64,000 nt of DNA from assembly GCA_964016885.1 (NCBI GenBank), contig OZ024755.1:4650001-4714000 (forward strand). Direction: 5' to 3'. Shown in pieces: positions 53,601 through 64,000 of this stretch. The stretch is from Eledone cirrhosa. Lineage: Eukaryota. The position numbers were made by a program, and so were the translations under genes. Under the pieces are notes generated by a model. That model was not told where the DNA came from. It did not search any database and saw only the letters and a list, made by a program, of their open reading frames with translations. How positions within the stretch are numbered: position 1 is the stretch's first letter; each line of letters starts with the position of its first letter.

Positions 53601-56600
53601 ATGACTTATTCCACATGTCTGAAGTTCTGAAGTCTGTTTTAACAAGCAACATTTCTGTAAGATTTTATATCATTTGTTTTTCTTTTTTTTATGAAATGGT
53701 TGCTCCATGACCAAAAGAATACGAATGCGAATACAAGCGGCTAAAATGTGGTTCCTCCAAAGACCCTTTGGAGTAATGTTACTCGATAGTGTGCGTAGTT
53801 CAGGGATCAGAGAGTCACTCCAGGTAGCGCCGTTGCTTCTCCAAATTGTGAGATCACAGCTCCGCTACTATGAGCATGTGGAAAACTCACTGGACAGATC
53901 TTATGGACAAAACCAACCAATAGGAGACCCAGAGGTAGACCCTGAGCAAGATGGTTGGATAACATCTATAAGCTTGGTTGGTCTTGCTTGGGGATCCAGC
54001 TGGATTAGTTGGAGACAGTTGCTTGTGACAGGACTCACTGGAAGGAGTGTTTGAGGACACTACACCCACAACCCTCCCAGGATTAGGTGGGCAAAGAAGA
54101 ACACATACACACACCCACACATATATATCATTTTAAAGAATTGACAAATAATATTATATTTTGTTGTTTCATCATCATCATCACCATTTAACGTCCATTT
54201 TTCCATGCTATCATCATCATCATCATTTTACATCTTCTTTTCCCTGCTTGCAAGGGTGGGACGAGTCCTATTCAGCACAGCACCTCTCCACTTGTCACGG
54301 TCCTTCGTCATCTCCTCTGTGAGCTTCAGCAATCTGAGGTCTGCTCTCACCACCTCCGCCCATGTTTTTCATGGTCTTCCTTTTACTGGGATTTCTTGGC
54401 ACTTCTTTACCCAACGGTCATCCTCCATGCACATCACATGTCCATACCAACACAGTCTCCTCTCCCGCACACTATAACTTATCCCTCTTAAACACAGCTT
54501 CTCTCTCAACACATCCATACTCAGTCGTTCACGTACATTGACATTGCACATCCAACGGAGCATGCTTGCTTCATTTCTCTCCAACCGTCGCATATCCTCT
54601 GCAGTTGCTGCCCATGTCTCACTACCATGCAGCATCATGCACCTCACACAGGCATCAGATAACCGGCCTTCCATACGCAGGGAGATACCCTTCTTTGTCA
54701 GCAGAGGAAGCAGCTCCCTAAACATCTTCCAACCCGTCCTTATTATAATAATAATGAAATTATTATGTAAAGTGCTCAGGTGCACTACAACTCGTCAAAG
54801 GTGTATGTATAGTACATAGAATAATACACAAATCTCAGGGAAGTGAATAGTATCATGGTATACATGTGTGTATGTGTATGGAGGGGGAACATTAGGTGTA
54901 GTGTTGGCGGATCTCGGGAAGCATGGAAGCCTTAAAGGATGCAGTGTCTCGACAGCTAACAACTGATGCAGGTAGTTTGTTCCATGCTTCAGCAACTCTG
55001 AGCATGAAAAAATGTTTCCGAAAGTCATGGGAACTGAGCTGTTTTCTTACTTTGTGGGCATGTCCACGTGTGATTCTAGATACTATGTATTTTAAATTCT
55101 TTTTTATTTCATTTTTCCACCAGCCATTGCAAGATGACATGAATATAGTTCTTGACGTTTTGTTTTTCTTGTGGAACCAAAGCAAAGTAATAATACGACG
55201 GTTAAAAATTGGATTTGAGGATAATTTAAAATATTTTCCAAAGAATGAAAATTCATCAAAGGTGTGGCTATTTCTAATCTTTCATTGTTTATATAACCTA
55301 ACACAGACCAGGCTTACTAGTTCTACACGGACGTTCAGATTTCATCATCATCATCTTCATCATCGTTTCACATCTATCTTCCACGCTAGCATGGGTTAGA
55401 CAGGAATTGTTCCACTTGAGGCAAGATTGGTCGGGTGACCGTGTCTCGCTCATATAGGACTATCTGGTAGGCTTTCTACGCCTGGATGCCCTTCCTAACA
55501 CCAACCACATTTACAGTGTGGACTGGGAGCTTTTTACCGTGTTACCTCCACGACCACATTACAGAGTGGACTGTGTGTTTTTTTGTCGTGACACCTACAC
55601 GACCTCATTAGTTTGGACTGGATGTTGTGGTACCAACATAACTTTACAGAGAAAGGGTGGTGATGAATAAATAGTATTTTGTTACTTATGTGTTTTTAAT
55701 GTGTTTTTGTTGTTTTTTTCAGTGGATTTCAATTTTAGATGTGATATTCTCAGTGATGTGTTGGCGTGAAGTTGCCTGCATTGATATAGCAGCTATGAGT
55801 GAGGTTACCCTGCGTTTAGCTTTACTTTTAGAAACTTGTTCCACTTTAACGCAAGGAAAGAAATCATGGAGTAAGGATAGTTTTCTTTAAAATAAACTCT
55901 GAATCTTATAAAATGTATTTCTTTCTAAATAACAGTTTTGTTGGTTGAGAATTTGGGTTGACATTTTGTTAAGAAGAAAAAAAAATCAATACAAAATCTA
56001 ACCCTCTCCCACTTTTCTTCCTTCTCATCCTCTTCTTCTTCTTCCTCTTCTTCCTCCTCCTTTTCCTCCTCCTTCTCCTCCCACTTACCCTTGAGAGGGT
56101 CGTTGGGGGAAGAGTCCTCAAATACTCCTTCCAAAAGGTCCTGTCAGAAGCATTGTTTCTCTCTGGGGACTGTGTTGGAAAATAAACTTTATTTGGTCAT
56201 TCCATGAGAGTATCTTAGTCAGCCTATGAACTTTTCAGCCAACCCTTGTAGTTAACAAATTAAAGTCTATTTTATTAATTTTTTATTTATTTATTTATTT
56301 TGTTTTGTTTTGTTTTGCAGAAGATGTAGAAAAAAAAGAACTGCTTATACTATCAGGAATGCCATTTGGAAAAGAAAAAGACTTTTCAAATTCCAATTCA
56401 AACCATAGTTTGAATTGGATTCCATCAGATGTCAATTTATTGTGTAAAGAAGATTTTCTGATATTATCCAGAAGTGTTCTAACTAAAGGTCTTGCAGATA
56501 TTAACAAGGGACGGAATAGTACTGCAACAAAAGAAAAGGAAATTATCAGAAATGCTTTCTATTTAAAAGTAGGTTTTCTCATCATCGTCATCGTTTAATG

Positions 56601-59600
56601 TCCACTTTCTACGCTAGCATGGGTTAGACAGGTTATCCCATTTGAGGCAAGCTGGGTCAGTTGACCATATCTTGCTCATATGGAACTGTTTCTGGCTAGA
56701 TTTATACTTGTAAGAAATATATTTACAGCAACAACAATAATAAATGCAACTTGTTTACTTGAAAGTTTATTTGTTAAGAAAGAAAATAGTTTTTTTAATC
56801 TAAATCCTCTTCTTCGTTAGTAATGTTCGATATAAGATTTGATCCTTCTTCTTCTTCTCTTAGGTAGAGGGGCCTATTTCACACATATATTTCACACATA
56901 TATTTCACACATATTTCACACACATATAATTCACACAGATATCTCACATACATTTTTCACACACATATTTTACACATATATTTCACACATATATTTCACA
57001 CATATTTCACACATATATTTAATTTTGTGATTGATTTTCTCTAATAGATTCTATGAATTTCTCTATATTAGGAAATAGACAATAAGTTATGTGATGTAGA
57101 AAGTAGTGGGAAGACTGAAGGTGAGAATGTCAATAAAGATGAACTTCTGAACGCTGAGAGTTTCCTCTGCCATTCTATCAGGGATCAACACACAGAATTA
57201 CTATTTCTTTACTATAGAGTATCTTGTAAACTGATAAGTAAGTCACAAAATATTTTCTTTTCACAGATAAATATTTCAGGCTCAATTATTTAAGACTGTT
57301 TTATACTCATGTAAGATGGCTTATTAAATATTAACTCAACCTGTTTTCAGATACAGATTCTTTTCCTATAAAATCAGACACTAAGAAAGATGTTCAACAA
57401 TTGAAAAGAAAAACTAAAAAGGTTTGTACAGTTCCATATTTTCTCTTTACCAACATCGATGGATAATTGAATTGATCAGATGTGAATACAAAATAGATAT
57501 AATAAAACTTTTAATCTGGCTAGTCTTTCTAAGTCATCTCTGCCATTTAGTAAAAATATAATTATTTTTTTAAATGAAAGAAAGAATATGATATATAATT
57601 GTTTCTACTTTTGGCACAAGGCCAGCAATTACCCAGTACATTACTGGTACTTTATTTTATCGACCCCGTAAGGATGACAGGCAAAGTTAACCTCGGCGGG
57701 ATTTGAACTCAGAATGGCAAGGACCGTAACTCTATGTGTCAAAGCATGGCGTCCGATACTGCCAATCCACCATATATAATTGTTTCTATTTTAGGCACAA
57801 GGCCAGCAATAACCCAGTACATTACTGGTACTTTATTTTATCGACCCCCGTCAGGATGAAAGGGAAAGTTAACCTCGGCGGGATTTGAACTCAGATCATA
57901 AAGGGATGTAACTCTATGCTTTAAAGCATGGTGTCCGACTCTCTACCGATACTGCCAAATACTAGATAATAATAGCTTATATTAGCTTTATTATATAGAA
58001 ACTATGTAATATGACAGCTGTAGCAAGATAATGTCTGTCTTCCCCACATGACAACTGTAGCAAGATAATGTCTGTCTTCCCCACATGACAGCTGTAGCAA
58101 GATAATGTCTGTCTTCCCCACATGACAGCTGTAGCAAGATAATGTCTGTCTTCCCCACATGACAACTGTAGCAAGATAATGTCTGTCTTCCCCACATGAC
58201 AGCTGTAGCAAGATAATGTCTGTCTTCCCCACATGACAGCTGTAGCAAGATAATGTCTGTCTTCCCCACATGACAGCTGTAGTAAGATAATGTCTGTCTT
58301 CCCCACATGACAGCTGTAGCAAGATAATGTCTGTCTTCCCCACATGACAGCTGTAGCAAGATAATGTCTGTCTTCCCCACATGACAACTGTAGCAAGATA
58401 ATGTCTGTCTTCCCCACATGATAGGTGTAGCAAGATAATGTCTGTCTTCCCCACATGACAGCTGTAGCAAGATAATGTCTGTCTTCCCCACATGACAACT
58501 GTAGCAAGATAATGTCTGTCTTCCCCACATGATAGCTGTAGCAAGATAATGTCTGTCTTCCCCACATGACAGCTGTAGCAAGATAATGTCTGTCTTCCCC
58601 ACATGACAGCTGTAGCAAGATAATGTCTGTCTTCCCCACATGACAGCTGTAGCAAGATAATGTCTGTCTTCCCCACATGACAGCTGTAGCAAGATAATGT
58701 CTGTCTTCCCCACATGACAGCTGTAGCAAGATAACATCTGTCTTCCCCACATGACAGCTGTAGCAAGATAACATCTGTCTTCCCCACATGACAGCTGTAG
58801 CAAGATAATGTCTGTCTTCCCCACATGACAGCTGTAGCAAGATAACATCTGTCTTCCCCACATGACAGCTGTAGCAAGATAATGTCTGTCTTCCCCACAT
58901 GACAGCTGTAGCAAGATAATGTCTGTCTTCCCCACATGACAGCTGTAGTAAGATAATGTCTGTCTTCCCCCACATGACAGCTGTAGTAAGATAATGTCTG
59001 TCTTCCCCACATGATAGGTGTAGCAAGATAATGTCTGTCTTCCCCACATGACAGCTGTAGCAAGATACTGTCTGTCTTCCCCACATGATAGGTGTAGCAA
59101 GATAATGTCTGTCTTCCCCACATGATAGCTGTAGCAAGATAATGTCTGTCTTCCCCACATGACAGCTGTAGCAAGATACTGTCTGTCTTCCCCACATGAT
59201 AGCTGTAGCAAGATAATGTCTGTCTTCCCCACATGACAGCTGTAGCAAGATACTGTCTGTCTTCCCCACATGATAGGTGTAGCAAGATAATGTCTGTCTT
59301 CCCCACATGATAGCTGTAGCAAGATAATGTCTGTCTTCCCCACATGATAGCTGTAGCAAGATAATGTCTGTCTTCCCCACATGATAGGTGTAGCAAGATA
59401 ATGTCTGTCTTCCCCACATGACAGCTGTAGCAAGATAACATCTGTCTTCCCCATTTGGTGACTGTTGTGTTCTGTGTTCGGTTTGCCAAATTTGGAGGGT
59501 TGGTTGCAGGAGTCATGAGTGCAGGTTGTTGTTTGGTTTAGGGTGTTTGCTAAGTATTTTGTGGACTGATTGGAGCAATAATGGTCTTATTTACATATAT

Positions 59601-60232
59601 GTATTATAGTAAAACTTTCATTGCTATTTTCACATTCCAGAAAAAAGAAGATTCGTCGATGATCGATTATGATACATTATTAAATGATTGTGGTTCCAAT
59701 AATTTGTTGAAAGCTTTCCTGAAAATGCACACAGCCATGATGATGAAGGAATCAAGAAGTGAAATGTTACAGGTGAATCATTCTCTCTATATATGCAATC
59801 AATGGAAACATGTTGTGCTGAGAAAGACCCGTACAACCCATGCAAGCATGGAAAAACAATGATGATGATTTTTCAAGATTAGTAACACTTGGATATGTTT
59901 CTATAAATCAAACTCTATTTTTATTGAAATTTTGCTCTATCTTATGTTGATGCAGTCAGAAGTTTACACATAACTTTCTTTAAATCATTCCTTTCAGCAA
60001 TCTTTGAATTGTATAATGAAGTTCCAGAAAGAAGAGGCCAAAATCTATGAAATGTATAATAAAATCAGTCAGCATGATAAAGAATCTACTGTACCAAAGA
60101 CAGATTTGCCACTGGCTCCGATTCTTTTATGGAGGTCAACATCAACAATAGCATTTAAACCTTCCAAGTTCAACTCATCTTCTGGCGAGAAGGTATAATA
60201 TAAGATGTTCAACTTTTGTACAAACATGTTTT

Positions 60233-60285
<53 letters not shown>

Positions 60286-63200
60286 TGTAAAGTGGTCAAG
60301 TAGGAGTCACGTCAAAACAGCACAGTTCCCGAAAACAGTACAGTTCCCATGACTTTCGGAAACATTTTTTCACGCTCAGAGTTGCTGAAGCATGGAACAA
60401 ACTACCTGCATCAGTTGTTAGCTGTCGAGACACTGCATCCTTTAAGGCCTCCATGCTTCCCGAGATCCGCCAACACTACAGCTAACACATACACACATGT
60501 ACTTCCCTGACATTTGTGTATTATTCTATACATGGCGGTGGATTGGCAGTATCGGTAGAGGGTCGGACGCCATGCTTTCCAGCATAGTTACGTCCCTTTA
60601 CGATCTGAGTTCAAATCCCGCCGAGGTTGACTTTGCCTTTCATCCTTACGGGGTCGATAAAATAAAGTACCAGTAATGCGCTGGGTAATTGCTGGCCTTG
60701 TGCCTAAAGTAGAAACAATTATTCTATACATACACCTTTGACAAGTTGTAGTGCACCTGAGCACTTTACACAATAATTTCATTATTATTATTATTAAAAA
60801 GCACCTAGTCGACACTGTAAATGTGGTTGGCGTTAGGAAGGGCACCCAGCTGTAGAAATCTAGCCAGAAAGAGTGTTGTCTGGGCAGGACATGGTCACCT
60901 GACCCAACTTGCTTCAAATGGGACAACCTGTCTAACCCATGCTAGCATGGAAAATGGACGTTAAACAATGATGATGATGATGATATACACAGAGAAGATA
61001 GATTCTGCCAGGTTTTTAAAAAATGCCCTAGAAATGCTGTGTATCAATATGGCACCGCTACAAATTACTTGGGAGCTACGGGCCCATGTGTGTATTGTTT
61101 TATGGTCATTTGATAACATCTAATGAAACATTTAATTTTAGTTGATACAATCGCCACTTTCTCTTATTTAGACATTAATAGACTTAAACATTAGTATCTA
61201 TTATTTTAGGGAGGGCGGTGGATTGGTAGTATCGGTAGAGAGTCGGACGCCATGCTTTGCAGCAAAGAGTTACGGCCTTTATGGTCTGAGTTCAAATCCC
61301 GTCGAGGTTAACTTTGCCTTTCATCCTTATGGGGTCGATAAAATAAAGTACCAGTAATGTACTGGGCTAATTGCTGGCCTTGTTCCAAAAGTAGAAACAA
61401 TTATTTTAGAGTGGTAGATTGGCAGTGATCAGTAGAACATCGAACATCATGCTTTGTGGCATGTAGTTTCAGCTCTTTACAGGGTCGATAAAATATAGTA
61501 CCAGTAACGCACTGGGGTCGAATTAATCACCACCCCCATCCCCTTTCAAACAAATAAATTGTTGGTCTTGTGCCTAAGTCAGAAATCATTATTTTTAGAA
61601 TTCAACATGTATATTTTTGTCTCTATTCAGGTGTGCTGGTATCGACTGTTTGCTCACATTATATCTACTCATTATGATAAAGTCAGATTAAACGACACCC
61701 CAGTACCTGGAACAGGGAACTTGGTAATATTTTTTTGTATATTTAAAATTTTTAATTAAACTTTCGTCACCTGATGTGACTTGTCTCACAGTTGGACAAC
61801 TCATCTAATCCATGTTCCTCTGGAAAAATATACTTAAAATAGTATAATGATTATGATCATTTGTATATATACAATCTATGTTCAAAACCCATCCAAATTT
61901 TATCTATGAATAATTAAAATATTTCAAAGTTAGAAACATTATTTCACAAATAAAAATCTTGCTATTTTTCAAGACTACAATATTTTATATATTTATTGAG
62001 TTATATTTAACACATCTGTTGCAGATAACAGTTATATCTAACACATATGTTGCAGATAACAGTTATATCTAACACATATGTTGCAGATAACAGTTATATC
62101 TAACACTTTGGTTACAGCTAACAGTTTTATTTAACACATTTGTTACATGCAACAGTTTTATTTAACACATTTGTTGTAGATAACAGTTATATCTAACACT
62201 TTGGTTACAGCTAACAGTTTTATTTAACACATTTGTTACATACAACAGTTATATTTACCACATTTGTTGTAGATAACAGTTATATTTACCACATTTGCTG
62301 TAGATAACAGTTATATTTAATGCATTTGTTACAGATGCTTTATATTTAACATATTTGATGTAGATAACTTTTATATTTAACACATTTGTTACAGATACCA
62401 GCTGACCACAAAGAAATTATAGTGTCTGGTTTGAAGACTAACCAACAATATGTTTTTGCTCTGGCTGCATATTCCTATGATGGTAAACTAATTGGAGACA
62501 GCATAGGAGAAAGTACTGCACCAATTCTTGTGTCTAACTCATTGTCTATACCTTTAACATATCTGTTTCTCTGTCAGGTAAGAGAATATTACACATTATA
62601 ATCTTAATCTTAATATATATGTACTCTTGAACAATAATTTTTAGATATGTTTTTCTCGTTTGTTTTTCAGGTATCCTACCAATTAAGGTATTTCACAATC
62701 TCAGAGCAGATATTTGACTTTTTGTATTCTCATTTTGTAAGCAACCATGATTCTCAATCTCCAACAACAGAAAATATTCCTGCAGTTCAGAAATTTCTTA
62801 AAAAATTTCCCAGGTAAATAAAGACAGAACAGTGTTCCTGTTGAGCACTCTAAGTTATCAATGTATTAACAGGATTGCTGCATGGAAGCACAGAAGCAGC
62901 CATTAAAGGCAACTCACACAAATTCAACATGCTGTAAAAGAATGAATGTCTGACAATGTATGTCATTATATGTTGAAATGTTGGTGATTTACAATGTTGT
63001 TGTTGTTACAGTTCACACCAATGCAGGTTTAGCTGGCCTCCTCCAAGGTATATCTCGTTGGAGGTGTCTTGGGTGATTTAATGATAGGGACCCCAGTCCC
63101 TATCATCTCATTTCTACAGCTGAGTAAACTGGAGCAACGTGAAATAAAGTGTCTTGTCCAAGGAAACAACACATCACCCGGTCCGAGAATTGAACTCACA

Positions 63201-63891
63201 ACCTTTCGATTGCAAGCCCAATGCTCTAACCACTAAGCCATGCACTTTCAATGGAGAACGGAGAATTCTCTTCTCACAGCAAGCTAACATATGCCATTTT
63301 GGACTATGTATGTTTTTACACTGTAACTACACATAAAAACATATCTATCATATGATTAAAAAATAAGCTTAAAAGGTTTACATCTAAAATTTATTTTAAC
63401 CCATTAGCATTTAAACTGGTTGTATCCGGCCAGAATTCTCTCACCTTCTTCTGTTCAAACTGGCTGTAAGCAGCTACTTATACTGATGTTAAGATATTGT
63501 TCTCAAAATAAATAATATCAAAATCTCATAGATTCAATATTATGTGAGATAATTATGTAATATAAAGCCTTCACCACAAAAATACAATAGTATAAAGAGA
63601 GTAATGTAAATGCTAAATGGTTAATATAATTTCACATAGAAGGTCTATCTTACGACTAAAAACAAATGATTGCATTGTGTCTTATCTTTCTATACATGAA
63701 ACAACTGAATGAAAGTTAACCGTTAAACCCTAATGTATTGCAGGATGAATGAGAACGTGAAGATTACAGCCTCTCCCATATTATTAAGACAATTCTTTGC
63801 ATGTATTATGTTGTCTGTAGACATCAACATTCATAGAGAAAAGTTGTTCTGTGATAAAATATGTGATCATGGTCCCTTTAAACCAAGACAA
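43405..63891 (+). CDS. CFAP54: Cilia- and flagella-associated protein 54, 5' part (22 exons, ~1069 codons; continues beyond window)
   Basis: Exons 43405-43586, 44534-44639, 45140-45277, 45915-46083, 47421-47479, 48161-48418, 48810-48911, 49469-49667, 50155-50256, 50481-50581, 51704-51887, 53577-53656, 55723-55870, 56321-56568, 57072-57237, 57351-57421, 59641-59772, 59998-60192, 61631-61723, 62395-62577, 62671-62813, 63744-63891; all phase-consistent. Motifs match human CFAP54 from memory: LEHLLWACMCIE, HAEAFARRAL, MIFKRVVFETRRK, WPRTITEKLLAEMFDSESAQFLAILESL. Confidence 0.93.
45335..45610. mobile_element. Two fused RTE LINE fragments in opposite orientation
   Basis: Minus strand MQERRLRWYGHVMSMEDDCWVKK..GRCSRGRQRK abuts a + strand fragment of the 53695 family. 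Confidence 0.7.
46464..47075. repeat. 102-bp minisatellite, 6 copies (CFAP54 intron)
   Basis: 34-aa periodicity in the overlapping ORFs; near-identical units. Confidence 0.97.
50585..51375. repeat. ~41-bp AT-rich minisatellite, ~19 copies
   Basis: TTTTTTAAATCATTTTTTAGAAAGTTATGACACATTATCTG, starting immediately after the exon donor at 50582. Confidence 0.95.
52014..52260 (+). mobile_element. Second tRNA-derived SINE family (CORE-like CCTTGAGCAAGACACTT), nested in a TTAA MITE
   Basis: GGCGCATGGCTTAGTGGTTAGAG..GAGTTCAATTCTC. TSD ACTATTGTA at 52003-52011 and 52265-52273. Related copies at about 8733-9020(+), 38090-38340(-), 63010-63245(-). Confidence 0.85.
52735..53565. repeat. ~28-bp AT-rich minisatellite interrupted by two SINEs
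   Basis: TATATAATATAATCTTTATACATTA units. Confidence 0.85.
52927..53114 (+). mobile_element. tRNA-derived SINE with Deu/Nin-like core (representative of the dominant family)
   Basis: A-box-like TGG..GTA.TGG, B-box GAGTTCAAATCC, core GCCTTTCATCCTTACGGGGTCGATAAAATAAAGTACCAG. About 20 copies in the window, approximately 1635-1765(-), 16837-17045, 20466-20660, 30600-30805(-), 32770-33090(-, x2), 34752-34915(-), 35079-35266, 35894-36077(-), 36253-36440(-), 53244-53422, 57598-57958(-, x2), 60533-60720, 61213-61402. Confidence 0.9.
53695..54100 (+). mobile_element. Degenerate RTE-type LINE 3' fragment
   Basis: RIQAAKMWFLQR..DSVRSSGIRESLQVAPLLLQIVRSQLRYYEHV; frameshifted. Shorter pieces of its 3' end recur, e.g. 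16020-16190, 47780-47935, 49790-50045. Confidence 0.8.
54215..54740 (-). mobile_element. RTE-clade LINE 3' fragment (post-RT C-terminal region) with (GAT)n tail
   Basis: GWKMFRELLPLL..MLHGSETW..RLERNEASMLRWMCNV..RERRLCWYGHVMCM..GRP. Confidence 0.88.
54740..55075 (-). mobile_element. CR1-like LINE 3' end
   Basis: TRGHAHKV..HDFRKHFFMLRVAEAWNKLPASVV..SFK, a CR1-type C-terminal motif; second copy at 60345-60795(+). Confidence 0.75.
57598..57958 (-). mobile_element. Tandem pair of tRNA-derived SINEs
   Basis: Two consecutive reverse-strand copies of the same family. Confidence 0.88.
58011..59452. repeat. 37-bp minisatellite, ~39 copies (CFAP54 intron)
   Basis: ATGACAGCTGTAGCAAGATAATGTCTGTCTTCCCCAC head-to-tail with no spacers. 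Confidence 0.98.
60533..60720 (+). mobile_element. tRNA-derived SINE inserted into a CR1-like LINE 3' end, with target-site duplication
   Basis: TTATTCTATACAT duplicated on both sides; an uninterrupted copy of the host lies at 54740-55070(-). Confidence 0.88.
60800..60984 (+). mobile_element. Short retro-element with RTE-type (GAT)n tail (abundant family)
   Basis: TGGTTGGCGTTAGGAAGGGCA..CTAACCCATGCTAGCATGGAAAATGGACGTTAAAC(GAT)n. Many copies, e.g. 519-676, 21470-21655(-), 33730-33900(-), 35740-35885, 46130-46357, 55340-55600(-). Confidence 0.75.
61998..62397. repeat. ~30-bp minisatellite ending at a CFAP54 splice acceptor
   Basis: TTATATTTAACACATTTGTTGCAGATAACAG-type units. Confidence 0.9.
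63010..63245 (-). mobile_element. CORE-like tRNA SINE
   Basis: Near-identical reverse complement of 52014-52260. Confidence 0.85.
63396..63624. mobile_element. piggyBac-like TTAA MITE
   Basis: Same family; TIR variant CCCATTAGCATTTA. Confidence 0.8.
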
Positions 63892-64000
63892 GTAAGTAAT
63901 TGGGTTTGTTATATAATTACTCTTCTCTGTATATGTTTAGTAATTTATGTTTGTTACAAATAGTTCCTATGATTTCGAGCTGAAACACTTGTTTAAGGTG

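Noticed and set aside
57048-57071. Alternative CFAP54 acceptor at 57048
   Set aside because: It introduces an in-frame TGA; the acceptor at 57072 keeps the frame.
58011-59452. 37-bp repeats of CRISPR-like length
   Set aside because: Units are head-to-tail with no unique spacers, there are no cas genes, and the array lies in a eukaryotic intron.

Overview
AT-rich, microsatellite- and SINE-dense eukaryotic (animal) genomic DNA; the repeat families suggest an octopod cephalopod (inference). Five spliced protein-coding genes were rebuilt by hand with phase-consistent GT-AG introns. (1) MYLIP/IDOL FERM-RING E3 ligase (+, 9402-12750; first exon not found in the window). (2) An uncharacterised 145-aa single-pass membrane protein with a Tyr/acidic tail (-, 20145-22293). 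(3) An uncharacterised Lys/Glu-rich protein of about 242 aa (+, 29017-35686). (4) The selenoprotein MSRB1/SelR (-, 38923-41603), with an in-frame TGA at the catalytic Sec position; the ORF track shows only its first exon. (5) The 5' ~1069 codons (22 exons) of CFAP54 (+, from 43405, running off the window). Genes 2-5 form two head-to-head pairs. Non-coding DNA holds tRNA-derived SINEs, RTE/CR1 LINE fragments, TTAA (piggyBac-like) and hAT MITEs, and minisatellites. It also holds (TA)n-embedded hairpin elements with Penelope-type minimal-hammerhead-like motifs, two of which flank an exon in inverted orientation. Nearly all long ORFs in the supplied track are repeat artefacts.
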